Shown here one piece after another: positions 48,979 through 52,410 of a DNA stretch of 52,410 nt. The stretch is from Nemertoderma westbladi. Its lineage: Eukaryota > Animalia > Xenacoelomorpha. The DNA lies in the NCBI GenBank assembly GCA_032718475.1, contig JAUCBJ010005129.1, positions 1 to 52,410 on the forward strand, read 5' to 3'. Position 1 is the first letter of the stretch, and each line of letters opens with the position of its first letter. A program made the translations under genes and the position numbers. A model generated the notes under the pieces. It saw only the letters and a program-made list of their open reading frames with translations, had not been told where the DNA came from and did no database searches.

Positions 48979-51900
48979 CTAGTTCGCTCCTCCCGTCTTC
49001 GGGAACCATCTCAGTTCCTTCCCTCTATCGTCGTCCTGTCTCGGTCGCTTCCTTCCCTCTGCCTTATCCTCCTTAACCCTATTAAACCCGGGGGGGGGGT
49101 CAATATGACCCCCCCCCCCCCGTGGTTTTTTTATTATAATTCTGAAACAAACGCAGTTGGGAATCTGAAATTTTATGACTTTTCCTAAAAATCTAATGTC
49201 TTCCTAGTAATGAAAACCGTTTTCAGAAATATTGGGTAGTTTTCGAGTTATAGCACCATTTTTTAATCCTACTTTTGGCACTTTTTTTGAGACGTTTTTT
49301 GAAAATTACATTTCATTAAATATGAATTGTAACATCTCTATTTTTGATTTACTCCGGTTTTTTGGTGTTAGCAATTGGATGGAATTCATATAAATTGATT
49401 TAGAAATTTCAAACTTGTTTTATTCGGTGGGTGCCAATTTTTGGTGCCAGCACCAAATTTTGAAATATGTCAATTTTGTAAATTGATTGTTTGAAACTTG
49501 TTTTTTACGCAATTGGGGTTTTTTGGGGTTCTGGATTCGATGAAATATATACGAGTTGCACCAAGCGTATCAAACTTGTATTTTTCGGTGCTGCGTGCAA
49601 ATTTTGGTGCTAGCACGAAATTTTGAAAATCCATTCAATAGATAAAAATTTTTTACAAACAATTTTTTTCTTGCGTTTTAGAAATTTATCGCTGTTCTGA
49701 ATTCAATGGAATATATAATTATCAAACTAGACATCTCAAACTTGTTTTTTTCGGATGTGGGTGCAAAATGTGGTGCTAGCACCAAATTTTGAAAACCATC
49801 AAATATATCAATTGATTGTGTCACCTTGTTTCTTGCGTTATACGGGTTTGTGATGGTTCTGAATTCAATGGAATCAGTAAAAATTTCATAAGAGTTATCA
49901 AACTTGTATTTTTTGCCGGTGGGTGAAAATTATTGTGCCAGCACCAAATTTTGGAAAATATGCAAATTGATCAGTTAGATAGTACCACCTTGTTTCTTGC
50001 GTTATACGGGTTTATGAGGGTCCTCCTGAATCCGATGGAATCAATAAAAACAGCACTGGACATCGCAAACTTGTACTTTTTGGTGATGGGTACGAAATTT
50101 GGTGCTAGCACCAAAATTTGCCAAATTACGCCGAAAAATACAAGTAGTAATAATCTGGCATATTAGAAATGTATTCCATTACAATCAGCGCCCAAGAAAA
50201 CATATAAATGTGAATTTATAGCATCGTATAAGTGAATTAAAAATTTTGTGTTCAAACTGAAAAGTGCTGGTTACTTGTTTTTTTCATTTTTTTCCTACGC
50301 AGAGAGGACTAAACAGCCATTTATAGTAATCACATCATTTTTAAATATTTTCCAATATATTTTGCACCCCAGAAAACCTGTATTGAAAAATAATTAGCCG
50401 AAAATGTAACTTTCAAATTTTGTGATAATTGTGCACTACTTGTAATTTAGTACATTTTTCCAGCCCCAGTACATTTTTTCGATTTTTTTCGGTCGGATCC
50501 AGACAAGTGATACCTACGTACAAACAAAAAATCAGACGTTTTCATAAATATTTGTAGATTTTAGAGGGGGGGGGGGGGGGGGGGGAGGGGGGGGAGGGGG
50601 GTCAATATGACCCCTCCCTGGTATTTGTACAACATTTTATTGCCTGGTACTAATAGGGTTAAGGCTCCTCATTCTCGCCGTTACCGCCTTACTGATCCCT
50701 GTGGTCGATTCCTTGGGCGCTGGTGTTATTAGCTCCTGGTAACGCTTCGCAGGTGGCCCTTCCAAATGCCCTTCCTGCTTCCCCCTAGTAGCGTCCCACA
50801 AGATCATCTTCATGGTTCGCGGCACATGCTCTGCCAGGAAATCTCTGAACTCTCCTCTGTTCTCTGGCACCAATCTATCCAAATACCTCTGCATATTGAT
50901 GACCCCACCATACTACGCCGCCGTCCTACTTCTTGGTATGTAAATGGAAGTCTCCCCTTAATAATTTCCAGATGGGCCTCCTGATTGATGTTGAAGAAAC
51001 CCCACCGGAACTCCTGGGCCTTCATTCTCTGTCGCGTCATGACGCCGACATCGGCCCACTCCTCGAAGATCTTAAACTTCTCCTCGTCGTCCATCCAGTC
51101 GCACTGGCGCCCATAGTGCCCTCGGAAGTTACACTTAGAACACCGGTTGTGCAACCTCGGTCACGCCCCCATCCTTTGACTAGACTCGCGGCAGTAGAGG
51201 CAACTCGTCCCCTTCTGGAATCGATACAAGCAGCTCTTTTCCTGGTGAGTAAGCCTCCCGCAGTAATCGCAGCCATGTGTCAACACATCCCGCCCCAAGT
51301 CGTCTTTTGCCCCAAGCGGTCTCCTAGGTCTATGGAGCCATTGGTAAGCAAACTTCTGGATGTTAACGTCTCTGTCCATGTCTACGTCCTCGTCACGCCT
51401 CGACATCGTCTCTCCAAACACTACTCGTGGTGCCATTCCCGGTTGCTCGCCCAACCTGATGGTGCTCCTTGCGAAATCCATCGCCGGCTCCTCGTGCACA
51501 CAGGTCCGCTTGACGGGTTTATCCCAGAAGGCCCTCGCCCCGCTGGCCATCACCACTCTCCCACCAACCCAGTCCGTATCTGAGTGGCCGATCCTCTCGA
51601 TGGGCGGCATCTCCCCGAACTCGTCGTCATCCTCATCCCCCGCTGGGAGTGGATCCAGACCCGGTATCCCGGCAGACCCATTGTGTCCCTTCTCACCTTG
51701 GCTCTTGCCCGTAACTTTCCATCCTTCCAGTTCCCTCGGTCTCTTCCTCGTGAAATCGCCCTCAGAGCCTGCTGGCATGGGCATCGATTGCAATCCTGAT
51801 GTCGACTGTTTCGGCGATTCTTCCGTCCATCCTAGCTCATCCCCCAGAAACTCGCCCGAGCTCCCTGATCCCCACCTTAGCTTGTCCAAGTCCTGGGCCT

Positions 51901-52410
51901 CGAACCCATAGTCCTCTCCTCTAGCTTCCGCCTCTCTTTCACCTGCCTCCCTCCTTTCTCTTCTGGCGATTTCTTCCAATTGCTTCTCCTCTAGTCTATC
52001 CGCTTCCAGCTTCTCCCACCTCTGATATGGTGTATCCACCTCCCTGTCTACTAGATGCCGGCAGTTGTAGTATACCGACTCGCCCTTCAGCCCCGGGTGG
52101 TCTGCCAGACCTTCGAAGGCCATCTTGAAGGCTCTTCTGTAGTTCAGGGGTGATCCTGACAGCAGAAACGCCGTTGGCTCTCTTCCGATAACCACGGACA
52201 TGAATAGGTTTAGCAAACCTATCATTATCCAATCCTCCTGTAGGATATATCGCTTCTGATATATCTTTATCACTCCTTTCCGGAACTGATACACCTCCTG
52301 TTTCCCTGGCCTCGCTCCCCACTTCAGCGAGTTTGCCAGCTCCGCTCCGTACTCCTCCCTGAATTTACCCCAGTCCATCGGCTTGTGGCAGACGAGCCCC
52401 ATGAGCTGGC
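48979..52410 (-). pseudogene. Accessory gene of D (exonuclease C-terminal part, Zn array, basic tail), interrupted by a MITE
   Basis: 413-aa ORF with YILQED..CDYCGRLTHQEKSC..CLYC. TGA replaces a Cys codon, then LHNRCSKCNFRGHYGRQC..FEEWADVGVMTRQR..WGFF follows in frame. Confidence 0.85.
49077..50658 (+). mobile_element. piggyBac-like MITE (TTAA TSD, CCCTATTA...TAATAGGG termini)
   Basis: TTAA at 49073-49076 and 50659-50662. The empty site gtcctccTTAAggctcctc is seen in paralog B at ~7955-7972. Confidence 0.9.

Larger units (their letters stand above)
47646..52410 (-). mobile_element. BEL/Pao element D (family 2), 3' end; continues past the window
   Basis: LTR related to the B LTR, the same PPT, and 3' UTR plus accessory gene colinear with B 7092-9590. 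Confidence 0.9.

Overview
This is AT-rich animal (invertebrate-like) genomic DNA dominated by nested transposable elements. It holds four BEL/Pao LTR retrotransposon copies from two families. Family 1: element A (1-6480, +, 3' part only) and element C (26963-42819, -, near-identical LTRs, one ~2710-codon gag-pol frame broken only by two in-frame stops). Family 2: element B (6479-20789, -, degenerate) and element D (47646 to window end, -). The main observation: both families, unrelated at the DNA level by eye, carry a homologous extra gene between pol and the 3' LTR, where env would normally sit. It encodes a DEDDy (WRN/Mut-7/EXD/RNase D-like) 3'-5' exonuclease domain, a three-unit Cys/His zinc-finger array, a shared downstream motif and a basic tail. 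Also present: TTAA-flanked MITEs (Kolobok-like and piggyBac-like), an RTE-type LINE fragment, two Penelope remnants, a probable Harbinger remnant hosting element C, a perfect 19-bp x ~70 tandem array, and probable host exons (fibrinogen-related domain, possible C-type lectin). All alignments were done by eye; no database searches were run.
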